Assembly (NCBI GenBank): GCA_000002445.1 | Contig: CP000068.1 | Coordinates: 672,001-736,000 of the forward strand | Source: Trypanosoma brucei | Lineage: Eukaryota | Length of the DNA: 64,000 nucleotides | Direction: 5' to 3' | Part shown: piece after piece, positions 1 through 12,143 of the stretch | Position numbering within the stretch: the stretch's first letter is position 1 | Layout of the letters: each line of letters starts with the position of its first letter | Notes under the pieces: generated by a model | Told to the model about the DNA's origin: nothing | Database searches by the model: none | Seen by the model: the letters and a program-made list of their open reading frames with translations, nothing else | Made by a program: the position numbers and the translations under genes

Positions 1-1407
1 GCCCGTCACCGGACGATGATGTCCAGAACCCCCCCCTGCTACGACCGCAATTGTTGACTGTGGTTGGGCCTGCTGGATTGGAGAGGGTGGGAGTCCTAGC
101 GATTGCAGTAACTGTTTTGTGCTATGGGCTGGTATCGAGACTTCGGTACTTATCGGCTCCTCCTCGGAACTTTGTAGGAAGTTGCACGTTTCAGACGACC
201 AACTATCGTCGTTTGCTGATAAGTAGTTGTGTGATTCCCTCAACACCCTCAACCACAGAGGATGGTGAACAACTCGATCCACATCACTTTTCCGCCCCAC
301 AGCACCGCGTTCCCCTGGAACATCAATAAAGTCGATAAACCCCTTACCCTTAGCAGGTTTGTCCAGTGCGAGAAATTTCGTTTTCTGCTGGGTCGCCACC
401 GGGGAAGTGGTACCTGCAGTGGTGCATTTGCCGCTCGTGTTCTCATGTGGGACGGTAGCCTCAAATCGGCAGTGTAAATGGGCAGCTATCCAGTACCGCG
501 GTTTTATATCCTGCAGCAGCTTCACAGTGTGCGGATTGCCCAGGACACCGTGTCGTATATCTTCCCTGAAGTACGGCTTATATCGGAGTAATTGTTCTTC
601 ATCACCGTATTTTGTTACACCAGTAGGCCAGTCGTGGGAAACAAATATGTCAACAGGAGGGAGGGTAATATGGGAGTTGGTAGTGTCATTTCCCCCATCC
701 TGAGATACTTTCTGTGCCGGATTCGCGATGTTCGCAGCTGTAGCCAACGGTGATACTGACTGTGCACCCCATTTCCGGCCCCACTGCTGCATGTGCCGAA
801 GGGCACGCACAAAAGCCCTTAATTTTTCTACCTCAATGCGGCGCACGTGGTAGGCGGAGCGCTTTGAGGCCTCAGAGACATGAAACGGCCGGTTGGGATA
901 AGGCCGCACGTAGTCATGGGCCTTGAAAATCCCACTTATGCCTGCAACCGTAATGCAACCATCAACAACAACAACTCCTGAGTGACCTAAATAATAAATG
1001 TTGGGTGCGAGGAAGCCACCGTACGACTCTTCGGCGAGCCAATCGGAGCACTCGTGGTTTCCGCCAACGAACAATGTAAGGTACGGTGCCCGCTTTTCGC
1101 CCTGATAGTACTTTACAAAGTCGCCGAGAGAGCGATACTTCTCCGGCACAGCCATACACTTCAAGTCCTCCTCTCTGCGGAGGGCTTGGAAATCGCCAGC
1201 ACAGATGACAAAATCAATCTTTTTCCCCGATGAAACCTCGTGGTCGGAGCACGCTAGATATATTTTATCGAGTTCTCCGTGGCAACACCCCACCACGGCC
1301 ACGTGCAAATTAGCAAATGTCTCGGTTGCTCCACCACTGCTTGAGGGAGCCGTCCTCTCGGTTACGCCCCCCTTTACATTAAAAAAGTGATGCACCAGAC
1401 TCGACAT
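1..1407 (-). CDS. DBR1: Lariat debranching enzyme (metallophosphoesterase, DBR1 family), partial. The ORF runs off the window start and is not in the supplied ORF track.
   Basis: Hand translation of the minus strand from the ATG at 1407 gives MSSLVHHFFNVKGG...LHVAVVGCCHGELDKI...IDFVICAGDFQALRRE...LTLFVGGNHECSDWLAEESYGGFLAPNIYYLGHSGVVVVDG...SHDWPTG. It stays open to position 1. GCCHG (Cys replacing Asp), GDF and GGNHE motifs are the DBR1-type calcineurin-like phosphoesterase signature. Confidence 0.8.
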   Translation of the reverse strand, partial: MSSLVHHFFNVKGGVTERTAPSSSGGATETFANLHVAVVGCCHGELDKIYLACSDHEVSSGKKIDFVICAGDFQALRREEDLKCMAVPEKYRSLGDFVKYYQGEKRAPYLTLFVGGNHECSDWLAEESYGGFLAPNIYYLGHSGVVVVDGCITVAGISGIFKAHDYVRPYPNRPFHVSEASKRSAYHVRRIEVEKLRAFVRALRHMQQWGRKWGAQSVSPLATAANIANPAQKVSQDGGNDTTNSHITLPPVDIFVSHDWPTGVTKYGDEEQLLRYKPYFREDIRHGVLGNPHTVKLLQDIKPRYWIAAHLHCRFEATVPHENTSGKCTTAGTTSPVATQQKTKFLALDKPAKGKGFIDFIDVPGERGAVGRKSDVDRVVHHPLWLRVLRESHNYLSANDDSWSSETCNFLQSSEEEPISTEVSIPAHSTKQLLQSLGLPPSPIQQAQPQSTIAVVAGGGSGHHRPVTG

Positions 1408-2981
1408 TTTGAATAAACAAAGAGAGCAGACGAATATATCTGCACCTTCCCACCCCTTGGTCTCTCTCCTGTTGTCTCCCTTTGCCTGATTCCCCTCCCA
1501 GTCATACGGAACAAAGGGACAAAGAACAATACATTGCCAACCGAGAAAATAGACAAAAATGCAAGGCCAACATAAAACGAATGGGGAACAAACGGCAACC
1601 GCTGCTGCCACAAACATCGTCAGCAAGGAAGGATGAAACATCAGGGCTCCGTTCACAACATCTGCTATTTGATGCAAATTATTTATCCACAGTCGCTTTA
1701 TTATCATTATTATTGTTATTTAGTCATAGGTATTTACAACAAACCACTTTGCTGCCGGTGCGATTCCCCGCTACCTTCCTCACCACCGTCCCACTCGGTG
1801 CGCCTTTCCCCCTTTTCCACCCCGCGGCCCGTTCGATGGCGGTTATACATGTAGTTCAAACAAACAAAGACAAGCGAAGCTACTCCTTTTGTCCGCCACA
1901 GCAAAGCAAGCCATTTGGCGATCAAACAAGAGTCAGATGCAAGAAGGTGGACCCCACTGACCGTCACTAATCCCCGTCACTTCCAACCACACGAAAAAAA
2001 GCGTCAGGGGAGGGCACGCAACATCACCAAATTTACGTTTACTTCGCGTGTTAGTGGACGTCACGCAGCACCGAAAATAACGAAGAGAATGAGAGCAGAA
2101 CGGCAGCATGCTCCTATGGGATCAGCCACCGCACACACAACGCAATAGACCCCGTCAAGTGCACTCTTTCTAAACTTCCTTCCTGTGGTGTAGTGTTGCT
2201 AATTATAGCGTCGCTGCCATGGCCCTTTTGTGCTTCATGACTCATTTACACAACAACCAAACCCCCCATTTCCCCGTTCATCGCGCTCCATGACGGTGGC
2301 ACTCCTTGTATGCCAAACAAAACAAAGCCATCGGAAGCAACCCCTCTTGCGTCTGCCCTCCCCCTCCACTGTCGCGGGCGCTACCAATATTTGAATGCGG
2401 GCACGGGAATCGGCACCTGGAATACACACAAAACCCCAGGGAAATCACAGGGCTAATGCGGTTTTCGGAAAACAAAGAAAAGCAGCACTCCGCAAGACAT
2501 ACGGGCACTGCGGTTCGCGGTTCTCTGAAAACCACGAGGGGTAACAAAGCAACAGATCAACCCCCTCCCCTCACCAATGACGCGTCACCTCATTACCGTT
2601 CCGACACAGCGACAAGAAAACGTATGCCGCCACTTTACCCGGATGCCCAACCATCGTCGAGACCCTGAGTGTCTTCCTATCCCATGTCCACGGTTCCCCC
2701 TAGTGATCTGTAGACCAAAAGAGACCGACCATTGGGCGGCAACACGGCACCCCAGCAGCCCTCAAATATTTTTGGTAAATCATGGTTACAGGGAAGCGCC
2801 ACCGGTAGCTCAGATCCTTGGGGGTTAGCTCGTCAAGGTACTCTTTTAGACTGTTGATATCAACGCCGTCTTGCAGTAGAGCGTTGTTGGTGCGTCTCTT
2901 TCCGCATCAGACAAAGATTTTGAATTACGACTTCGCACCCCAGCACGAAGAACGCGATTCAAGTCAAGAGAAAAGAAGGCA

Positions 2982-5516
2982 TCAAGACTCACCAGGCAAG
3001 AACAATGGCGAGTCGGATTCTTCCCCTTTCAATTTACCACCTCTTTTCCGTGGTTTCTGCAGCACCACCGCCGAGGGAACGAGGTCGTCAATAGGGCCTT
3101 CCACGATCAACGACAAAGAATTCATATGCACAAGGAGTTCGTGCCAGCCCGGGTACCGTGAGAAAAGCTGCACATTGCCCATTATAATTAGCCCACGCTT
3201 CGCCCGGGTTAGCGAAACATTAAGCCTCCTCCCGTCCGTCACAAACCCCGCACCCTGACGGTGATTGCTCCGAACGCACGACAAAATTATGAATTCCTTT
3301 TCTCTTCCCTGAAACGCATCAACAGACGAAATTTCGACGCGATCATACACTTCCATAGGAAGACGACCACTACGTGAAAGATAGCTTCTCAAATATCGAC
3401 ATTGTGACCTATACGGAGTTATGACACCGATATCCCCGGGTTCCACTCCCCCCTGTATAAGCTTCGTTACAATCTGCTCAGTCAATGCAGCCTCCGCTCG
3501 ATTCAGATATGATCTTCCGTTTGACCCAAGTTCCTCATTCCCGGTTGCATTGTAGAAAAAAATGGGCTTCGTTACGTCCGGCCAGGGGAAGACTTCCGAC
3601 GCATCGCGTTGCTCAGCGGTAACGCCATTCTGAAGGGTCCCCTCATAATAATGATGAGAGGGGAAGAAAGAGAGAGAAGGATTCATCCGGTATTGCACGT
3701 CCAACCGCACTGGTCGGTGTCCCATCAACACTAGTCGTTCAAACAAACTTCGTTGGTATCCAGCTTTCTCTGCTGCGGTAGAGAAAACCAACGGACGTAA
3801 TTGACAGTGGTCCCCAACCAAAATAACTTGCTTCGCCCCTCGGACCAATGGAATCAACACTTCCGGCTCAGTTCCTTGGGTTGCCTCGTCTATAAGGACA
3901 TGTTTGAACTTCATAGTTTTCAATCTATAGTCGCCCGCTCCAATGCATGTGCAGCATACGACGTCTGCATTCCGAAGGATTAACCGCTCAATTTTCTCCA
4001 CACCATCTTTGTAAGTGCCGTAGTCTTTGTCATTTAAACTCTTACCTGTTTGCATCGAGTCCAGAAGTTCTTTCAATCTCTCGAGACCTGAACTCGCGTT
4101 AATGTAATCTCCTACCTGTCTTTCAAGCCCAATACTTTCCACAGAGCAAGGAATGTCGTTGCGGTACTTAGCTTGCAATCGAACAACTTTTAATCCAGTT
4201 CCACTAACTCTTTGTGCTAGGTGGTCGACTGCAACATTACTTGGAGCGCAAACCAAAATCCTCGACTTTACGTGACTGTGCAACTCCCGAATAATTGCCA
4301 CACTTGTTGACGTTTTCCCTGTGCCGGGCGGTCCTTGAATAAGGGTCAATGGATTTCTGAGGGCCACTCTCAAGGCCTGTTCTTGGGAATAATTCAAATT
4401 GTGGTGCCCCCTCGGCTCAGGTTCGGTATCAAACCCAGAATTCCTGTGCGCAGCACGTTCCTTCTGCCCAAGAATGGTGAAGTACAAATAAGCGGAGACC
4501 GAGCCTTCAGACCGTGCAAACTGCTGCAGTGCTTCCATCTTCCGTTTATCAGCAACCCCGTTGTACTCTGGAGAAATAGTTACAGTGGTTGCAGCAAGAA
4601 TCTCATTCACAGCCTTCTTATCCACCGAACGTGCTGTGGTATCAGTTACGAAAACAGCGTGTTCGTTGTCGACTGAAGTTGCACTAACTTCAGTGATAGT
4701 GCCAGATAGACTGCTTTCACTTCCCTTAACGCGGATTGATACGTTATCACCGCGATTTACACCTACGTCGAAGAGGGGGAACGGTTTCAACACGAAAAAA
4801 TGCCTACCGCCGATCTTCTTCTGTTGTGTGCACTGGATACCCTCAAAAGAAGTATCCTTTGAATCTCTTGCCCCTTGGGAATCAAGAGCAATTAAACTCG
4901 AAAATACTTCCACGTATTTCGTTCCACTCTCAAAATATAATGGAACCTCTGGGACACTCTCAACAGGATCAACAAATTCTTTGACCTTCTGTTCCCAACT
5001 CATTTCAAGTGCCTTAATGTCATGCAACGTCAGTGGTCGGCGCAGGGTACTGGGAATACTGCAAATCCATGGAAGCAACCTCCGCTCTTCTATCAGGGGT
5101 AGCCAAGTAGAAGAGTCCCAGTTTAGGTCACGTAGCGTCTTCGAATGAAGACACGGTTCGCGACAGACAAGTACAACGACAGCTTCCTCCTTTGAAGGCA
5201 TAAATCCCAAGGAAAAAATATTCGAAGATCGACATATGTAGCACTCTAAAGTGGAATCACCAAGCGAATTCTCTGCGTGCAGTTTCAGTGAATTATGCCC
5301 ACTTTTTACGAGGTGAAGAATAATGTGAGAACCGCTGGTACCATTTGACCCATTACAAAACCATTTTGAGCATCCATTGCAAAAGGCTAAGCAGGTCGGG
5401 CTCTCTTCGCTACAGTACGAGCAGCTGGGTTTCTTGTTCGTCTCCCCACTTGCAACCGGTGTGGTAGCAACACCGAGCGCTCGTTCATCACTAGCATGCT
5501 CACTGAACATAAACAA
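2982..5516 (-). CDS. UPF1: UPF1-like superfamily-1 RNA helicase (regulator of nonsense transcripts 1)
   Basis: 844-aa ORF. The N-terminal Cys/His-rich CH domain (CSYCSEESPTCLAFCNGCSKWFCNGSNGTSGSHIILHLVKSGH...LECYICRSSNIFSLGFMP...VVLVCREPC) matches the UPF1 zinc-knuckle pattern. Helicase motifs present: GPPGTGKT (Walker A), DEATQ (motif II) and VILVGDHCQL. Confidence 0.9.
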   Translation of the reverse strand: MFMFSEHASDERALGVATTPVASGETNKKPSCSYCSEESPTCLAFCNGCSKWFCNGSNGTSGSHIILHLVKSGHNSLKLHAENSLGDSTLECYICRSSNIFSLGFMPSKEEAVVVLVCREPCLHSKTLRDLNWDSSTWLPLIEERRLLPWICSIPSTLRRPLTLHDIKALEMSWEQKVKEFVDPVESVPEVPLYFESGTKYVEVFSSLIALDSQGARDSKDTSFEGIQCTQQKKIGGRHFFVLKPFPLFDVGVNRGDNVSIRVKGSESSLSGTITEVSATSVDNEHAVFVTDTTARSVDKKAVNEILAATTVTISPEYNGVADKRKMEALQQFARSEGSVSAYLYFTILGQKERAAHRNSGFDTEPEPRGHHNLNYSQEQALRVALRNPLTLIQGPPGTGKTSTSVAIIRELHSHVKSRILVCAPSNVAVDHLAQRVSGTGLKVVRLQAKYRNDIPCSVESIGLERQVGDYINASSGLERLKELLDSMQTGKSLNDKDYGTYKDGVEKIERLILRNADVVCCTCIGAGDYRLKTMKFKHVLIDEATQGTEPEVLIPLVRGAKQVILVGDHCQLRPLVFSTAAEKAGYQRSLFERLVLMGHRPVRLDVQYRMNPSLSFFPSHHYYEGTLQNGVTAEQRDASEVFPWPDVTKPIFFYNATGNEELGSNGRSYLNRAEAALTEQIVTKLIQGGVEPGDIGVITPYRSQCRYLRSYLSRSGRLPMEVYDRVEISSVDAFQGREKEFIILSCVRSNHRQGAGFVTDGRRLNVSLTRAKRGLIIMGNVQLFSRYPGWHELLVHMNSLSLIVEGPIDDLVPSAVVLQKPRKRGGKLKGEESDSPLFLPGES

Positions 5517-6504
5517 CTTTTCAGAAACACGGATTCAGCTTGGACTCAGAACGCTAACCAAAATAATTTTGATAAGGAAAGGACAAAAAATAATGAGAGT
5601 TTGACGTAACAACTCATTTTTTTTTTTGGAGGGGTGCGTATCATGGATGGAACAGTATTAACAAAAAAGGGAGTCGCAAAGCTTCAAAAAAAAAAAATGA
5701 GTGCATGTTCGAAAAGAGGATAGTAAAAAGAACAGTGATCACACGAGTTCAAACCTACATCGTGCACGCACATCTCTCCGGGATCCGTCATGATGTATTT
5801 ACTTGAAGTATCTAGTGAACTTCTGTAAAGATGGACAGGGACAAACCACAGACTTATGATATAGTATCGATTCCTCTAAACAAACATACGGCCGGTCGCC
5901 TTACGTGAGAGACCGCCACATGATCGCTGTGTAGTCCGTCTCAAAAAGGTAAAAACAGTTTGGTGCGCCAAGTGACACTAACAGTGATGATGATGCTATG
6001 GGTTTACAGACGCATTCGAACATGATTCTGTATGTTAACCAGCTGTAGTTGAAATGCCTCTCTACCGAAAGAAACCGACTGAAGTGTGAGAAAACGGACG
6101 AGGAGTTTCAAAATAAAAACTGATTTTCTGGATACCACTTAAACGGTGATAGCACGTTCATCAATAAATACGCTACACTTCAACACAAATATGTTCGCAG
6201 GTGAAGAGACCACTTTTCACATCCTGATAAGGCGAAATAATCAGAGGCGACGTAAAACATAAGTAAAACCAATGACAACAACAACTTCTCAGGAACAGCA
6301 CTGTATCTGGAAAAAAAAACCGATTATGGCACCACCTCGATGGGATAGGGCGCACCAAGTATGTTCCCTTGCGTTCATTTTATTAAATTGTAGACAGTTA
6401 CCACATGATTCGCGTAGTTTTATAAGAATTACAAAAGTAATAATAATTTTACCCTACCTGTTATGTGCTAGAATGAGAGACATAAAACAGCTCACCGTAC
6501 ATTA

Positions 6505-8100
6505 CTACCTGGCCGCGAGGCGGTACTCGTCCTCGAGTTGCCTCAGGAGAGTTGGGAAACTCTCCTTCTCGTAGTCGTCAGGACAACCTCCGCTCACCCA
6601 CCGAATAACACCCTCGTGGTCTACAAGTATCACATGGGGCGAAAGGTAATTGCGTAGGCCCACCGATTTGTAAAACGGTACAAGCAACTTACTTCCAACA
6701 AACGTGGACGACGAGGTTATGAATCCATTGAGAAGGGACCTATCGTCAGAGCTTTCAGCACCTGTCGCCGTGGGAAACAAGGATCCTGCAAACCGCCGCA
6801 CATAAAGTTTGTGCACCCATCGATACTTGTAGACATCCATGCTCCGAAGTGAAAGCACACTAATTGGCATGTTACGGTCAACGGGGCATGCTAAGGTTTC
6901 ATTTCGGCAACGTCTCAACCCCCTTCCATGTTGGGCCTCTTCTGAGTTTACATGTCCCTCACCTTTTGCATTTTCTTTCGGAAGATAAGAGAGAAGTTTG
7001 GGGTTCAACACCGAATATGCAAGACGCCGCCACTCCAAATCGGCCTGTGCGCCTAGTTTCTGACCCAATTGTGAATAAATAACTACAGCAGGTCGCCGAA
7101 ACATCACCCTAGAGATCTCAGTAAGTTGTTGAGTGTCCGTTTCATCAAAAGAACGATTCAAATATAGCTTGCCAAGTGATTCCTCTGTAAGTTCAGCAGT
7201 GTTGTTGAAAAACGTCTTTTGCTTCATCAAGATACACAGCCTCTTCTCTGCCTCTTCATTGAGGGAACAGTATTGACTTACCCTTGCCGCTTTTAGGGTT
7301 GGAAAGAAGGGTACTGTATCGAACCCCAAAGATTCACACACAGTGCGGACCTTCTTTTGGCTAAGGGCAGCAGGGCCCCTCATAAGTTTACTGTTCTGGA
7401 TTATCTTCAACTCATTAAGGGCATGTTCGTTAAAGTAACGTAGCATCCGCTCCAGCTCATTGTCAACCGCGTATTCAATACCATACCTAAAATACTTGAG
7501 GACGAGGAAAACATCCCTTGACAGTATCGGTTTGTCTAGATCCATACCAACATCGCGGAAAACAAGCATCTTCTTTCTTTCACCTAGAACTTTTTGCTCC
7601 GCAGCACGGTTGTGGCGTCGTGCTACTTGTGACGTGGCTGACGGTCGACTTAAGCCAGCCGTTTCCAGATCCGTGAGCTTGCGCAGAAATTTATTTCCCA
7701 TGTGGTTTCTATCCAAACTATAGCTAACACGGGAGGTAGCCTTTGCAGTACCATTAACACCAAACGCCGTGGAACTCTCCTTCCTCGACATAACCCTCTT
7801 GTCCGCGCCTTGGTGGTGGCTGTACTGGACCCTCGCATCGTAGCTTTCCCTGGTAGCAGCATCCTTGTCTCCGCGTTGGATCCCCAAAGTTGCAGAAGCG
7901 TTTGCAGTATCATCACCTGCAGTAATTCTTATGTCCCTCGTGCCACTGGTTGTGTTAGAACGTGAGCGTGTACTGCACAATCGTTTCGGTGTCACAAAAC
8001 ATTGAATTACACACCGACCGAGATCTGACCGCCTGCAACACAAATCCGCCTGGATGTGTACGTTTGCATTCATCAGCGCACGCCTCTCCAGCATGTTCAC
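6505..8100 (-). CDS. Conserved hypothetical protein. The N-terminal ~200 aa are low-complexity, so the true start may be an internal Met. The C-terminus (VILVDHEGVIRWVSGGCPDDYEKESF) weakly resembles the thioredoxin-like ATP10 assembly-factor family.
   Basis: 531-aa ORF in the same transcription direction as UPF1 and DBR1, with codon usage like its neighbours. No firm motif. Confidence 0.45.
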   Translation of the reverse strand: MNMLERRALMNANVHIQADLCCRRSDLGRCVIQCFVTPKRLCSTRSRSNTTSGTRDIRITAGDDTANASATLGIQRGDKDAATRESYDARVQYSHHQGADKRVMSRKESSTAFGVNGTAKATSRVSYSLDRNHMGNKFLRKLTDLETAGLSRPSATSQVARRHNRAAEQKVLGERKKMLVFRDVGMDLDKPILSRDVFLVLKYFRYGIEYAVDNELERMLRYFNEHALNELKIIQNSKLMRGPAALSQKKVRTVCESLGFDTVPFFPTLKAARVSQYCSLNEEAEKRLCILMKQKTFFNNTAELTEESLGKLYLNRSFDETDTQQLTEISRVMFRRPAVVIYSQLGQKLGAQADLEWRRLAYSVLNPKLLSYLPKENAKGEGHVNSEEAQHGRGLRRCRNETLACPVDRNMPISVLSLRSMDVYKYRWVHKLYVRRFAGSLFPTATGAESSDDRSLLNGFITSSSTFVGSKLLVPFYKSVGLRNYLSPHVILVDHEGVIRWVSGGCPDDYEKESFPTLLRQLEDEYRLAAR

Positions 8101-11100
8101 TTTCTCTATATGTGTTTGTTTGTGTGTTTGAGGATGACAAGTGGTAGTGTTTTCAATGCGTGACCATGTTAACGAATTACAGTTAAAGTGCTATCAACGA
8201 GGGCACTTCCAGCGATGTAACACGCACATCTTCTACGATAGATTGCTAAAAGGATTTTATTTTTAAGGGCACGACAATGATCATATAAAACGAGAAACAG
8301 CATGCTCTTTCAGATGATACTGACAGAATAAGTGGAGAGGAGTACCAAAAAAGTCACAGAAAGAGCGCTGACCAGCAAAGGATGACGAAAAAAATCAATA
8401 CAAACGACTAAGTACCGGAGAGATTCACAAATACACACGCAAAACGCGCTTTGTATCACTTATACGCTTTCATGCGTGCTTTGCTCGTGAGGTCCAGAAA
8501 TAAAGCAAAAATTATACGCGGTGACATCACTCAATAGGAAACAATCTGAAACGGCTGCTAATAGTGTTCACGACAGCGATAGCGAAGCAATGGCGTAACA
8601 ACCTTCACAAAGAGCGGTTGGGATCATTTAAAAATGCGCACAGACACACCAAATCATGGTGGTGAGGACCAGTGTAAAACCACCCACTCTGGTAATCACA
8701 CCAAGGAAATTTAGTTCCATGGGTAAAATACAATAACAGAACCATCACACCCCTCACGGTCACACTTCAAGGGGGTTACGTGGAGGAAACCATACTAGAA
8801 ACCGTGGTATGCGCAGAATGATGCTAATGAACAGTAGAACCAAAAAAAAAGTAGCACTCATGACCCGCCTCGAGGGTACACACCTTCTCGAAAACTCACG
8901 TGCCACGTTAGAATGACAGTGCAACTACCCACGGGGGCAGAACGGCAAACATAAATAAGTACAAGGAGTTCTATCGCAAAAAATTCCGAAATAACCCCTA
9001 ATGCACTATTTGACAAAAATAAACAATGATGCAGTAATTACAAAAAAAAACAGCAACACTCCCCATACACACTAGCTTAAGGAGCATTCGATTATAAACA
9101 CAGCGGTACAGTGGTCAAAAGGAACAAAAAGTGAAATACTACTTAGGGTCCGTTATAAGGAATAGTGGAAACGCACCGATATTTTAACCAATATACCAGA
9201 ACAAAAAACTTCAAAATAAAGAAAAAATACATCCAACAAACGCTTGGCACACCAAATGGAGAAATTGGAGATCGCAAGCAACCCTCTCATGCTTTTCTAA
9301 ATACGGCTAATCAATCAAAAAAGCAAACACCCCATAGTCCGTTTCTGGTCCCCTTACGTCTTGCAGAAGGAAATTATGAAGATCATCAAAATATTTACGA
9401 GGGTTGTCGGAAACCCCACGGTAATGACATCTTTAGGCACCAAAAACTCCTGGGAGCAGCACGCACTTGCCCCAAGAAATAACGAAAACGCAAAAAACAC
9501 AAAAGATTCTCAGACAACTACTCCCACAATTTTATAAGCCTTAAAACCTGCGATACGGAGAGGAAGGTCCTGGTCCACCCGCTCCCTGTCCCTTGAAAAA
9601 GCTGTTTACGTGACCACTTTCTTTGTACGCTCATATGCATAAGCTAACATTGCCCTTACTAACTCCATTAATCCACAGGCAATCGCCTCAGACCACACGG
9701 CCGCGAAAAGGAAAATGGTCGCAAGAACGGCAAAGCCAATAGGTACGCGGTGTATCTTGGGGGTTCAGCCACCGCGTAACCGCGGCTGATGCCCACATTC
9801 ACTACAGACGTGTGCCCAACCCTCCGAGCAATATGATAAGGAGACTACCTCTAACACGTCAGCCTGTTCGAACGGATCACCTTCAACTTCGCCAGCAACG
9901 AGACACAATGACCCTGGCGGAAAACAGCTGCCTTTTCATTTAAAGGGGTGCATCGGCCATAGCGCAGCACACCACCGCCTGTTCTCCCACTACTGCCCGC
10001 CTACTGAAGGACAGTCGCGTCCCGAGGCCACGCTCAGTCGACGATAATACCTCTGCGAAGAGAGCAAATCCACAGCCGGGCGGAGACCATCACACATCCC
10101 GTGCCCCCAGAGGGGCGGTCCTGCGACCAGCAACATCGAACCTGACCCCTGCACCGACCCCTGTTCCATTTCTCTCTGCCTTTCCACCCACACCCGTACC
10201 TCATGCGCGATACCTCGGTTTCCTAAAGGGGATCGCCCCGACCCCCAGGAACATCCGACTCCAAATGTGGCCCTAGGGCCCGGCACCTCCAGTTTTAGAG
10301 GAAGCGGATCATCGCAACGTTCAGAGGGCGAAAATAAAAAAAAAGTCACCAGCCTCGTCCCCCGGAAGATGTGGCCTTGAGCTCACGCTGAAAAAGACCC
10401 GCTACCTACGATAACTCAGCGCTTTCTTCGAACCCCACTAGCACACACCCGTTTCGCTCGGCAATCCTCACTGCTGATGTATCGAAAAGGAGTGCCTCCT
10501 CCAAAGAAAACACCACCACACCCTACTCTTTAAGACTTCGCCTTCCGGAGACATGATTTTTCCTGGATGGCGGACGCCGATTTGCCCACTGCATCGGCGC
10601 TATGGGGACGCGTGCTGGGGGCCCTAAGGCGGGTGAAAGTTCTGGGGAAACGGAAAGTTTGGCCTTCCGAAAAATGAAAGACGGCGGCGCCGGCACCCCG
10701 GGTTTGCCATAAGAAAACATCGAACCTTTATTTTTCTTTTAACCCCCGCATCATTGAGGGCGTTTCGCCGCACGACACCACCGGGGCGGCGCCGTGTCGG
10801 TGGTGAAATGTTAGTGGGGCGTTTAGCGCGTGCCAAGTGGGGTGAGGTTATCCAATTTGGAAAGGTGCATACCTGGTGGGGTGGGGTTGTCGATAGGCAG
10901 TCCTCGGAGGGTCTCGTTGTCCGCATCAGTCATGGCGTAGCATTGTGAGAATTTTTTTTTTTGAATTTTCTTCGTGCCTTCGTGAGAGTTTCCCCCCACT
11001 GGCGCGGCCATCAGCCACCACCGTAGAGCCCTGAGATGCTATCGGTCTGGCGACTGTGGCAGAGTCTCCCTTTTTTATTCATCCTAACACACCCTCTATA

Positions 11101-11222
11101 ATTTTTGTTGTATTTCCGCATTTGAACGGAATACAGCAGATGGGGCGAGAAGCCTCCCACCCCGGACTCTCCAAAAGATGTCAATTGGCAATCCTTTTTT
11201 TTTGATTTTTGTTATTCGTTTA

Positions 11223-12143
11223 TTATTCTCTCTCCCTCTTTCTGTTTCTGTTGCTTGTTGATTGCATACCTCCTCTGTCTCTGAGGGTGTCTGGACTATT
11301 CCTGCGTCCGGTGCTTTTCCTGCTAGCTCCACATTCGGCAATAAGGGGGAAAGTTGCAGAAGGGAGAGTGGGTTGTATGACTGTTACATTGAATGAGGAC
11401 TTCACCTGCGGCCGGCCCCGTTCAACCGCAATGAGAAACTGCGCCAGCCTTTTGGAGAAGCATATATCCTGCACACACTCACCTTCTACCGCAAACCTGA
11501 CACGTAACTCCTTCAAACCTAGACAGCTCATCGGGTGCAGCGACGTTTCTTCGCAGTCGCCGCGTTGGCTGGTAACAGCGCACTCTACCTTCATACCGTG
11601 CATCTTCTTTTGATGTAGGGTGAGGCCAGTTTTGCTAGCACACTGCCTTCCGCATGTCGTGCACACCAACATGGATGCGTTTGTATGTGAGGAATTAGTG
11701 GCACACAATTTTGTGCTTTTGCTGCATTTAAGCTCGACTCCCTCACCTTTGTGGAAAGCCTTACAGTGTCGGATGAAGGAGTCCCTGCAACTGAGCACTT
11801 TTTGGCACACACCACACCGCACCTCGCCTTTCCCCGGGACGTCAACATTTCCCTCACTGGCACGCTTACGAGGGAATTGCACCACCACCACGGTACCGTC
11901 TTCCGTCACTATGCTCTTATGTTTGAATTTCTGGTGTAGTGACAGGGAAGAGCGTGTACCGAAGCTCGCCTCGCACAGGTCACATTGAAACGGCAGCTTC
12001 CGTGTATCCTGAGGGGCTGGCGCTGCTGGGGCTCTACCATCTCCTTGTACTGAGTCCTCGTTCTCTCGCCCCCTTTTCACGCGGCAACTACCGCTGCCTA
12101 TGCCATGTATTGTTCTAAGGTGGTGTAATAGTCGGCCTGGCAC
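11223..12143 (-). CDS. Retroelement ORF fragment: C-terminal C2H2 zinc-finger nucleic-acid-binding domain (3 fingers)
   Basis: Three C-x2-C...H-x3/4-H fingers, ending 26 nt before the poly-A/T run. This matches the C-terminal C2H2 domain of the L1Tc/ingi polyprotein. Confidence 0.65.
   Translation of the reverse strand: MPGRLLHHLRTIHGIGSGSCRVKRGRENEDSVQGDGRAPAAPAPQDTRKLPFQCDLCEASFGTRSSLSLHQKFKHKSIVTEDGTVVVVQFPRKRASEGNVDVPGKGEVRCGVCQKVLSCRDSFIRHCKAFHKGEGVELKCSKSTKLCATNSSHTNASMLVCTTCGRQCASKTGLTLHQKKMHGMKVECAVTSQRGDCEETSLHPMSCLGLKELRVRFAVEGECVQDICFSKRLAQFLIAVERGRPQVKSSFNVTVIQPTLPSATFPLIAECGASRKSTGRRNSPDTLRDRGGMQSTSNRNRKRERE

Noticed and set aside
9165-9482. 105-aa ORF in the A-rich region
   Set aside because: Lys/Asn/Gln-rich translation of an A-rich tract, with no upstream polypyrimidine or AG context. 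Spurious.
10380-10470. tRNA-like T-loop sequence (ggggttcgaag on the minus strand)
   Set aside because: The flanking sequence does not fold into acceptor and anticodon arms by eye, and there is no CCA-proximal stem. A tRNAscan run is needed before calling it.
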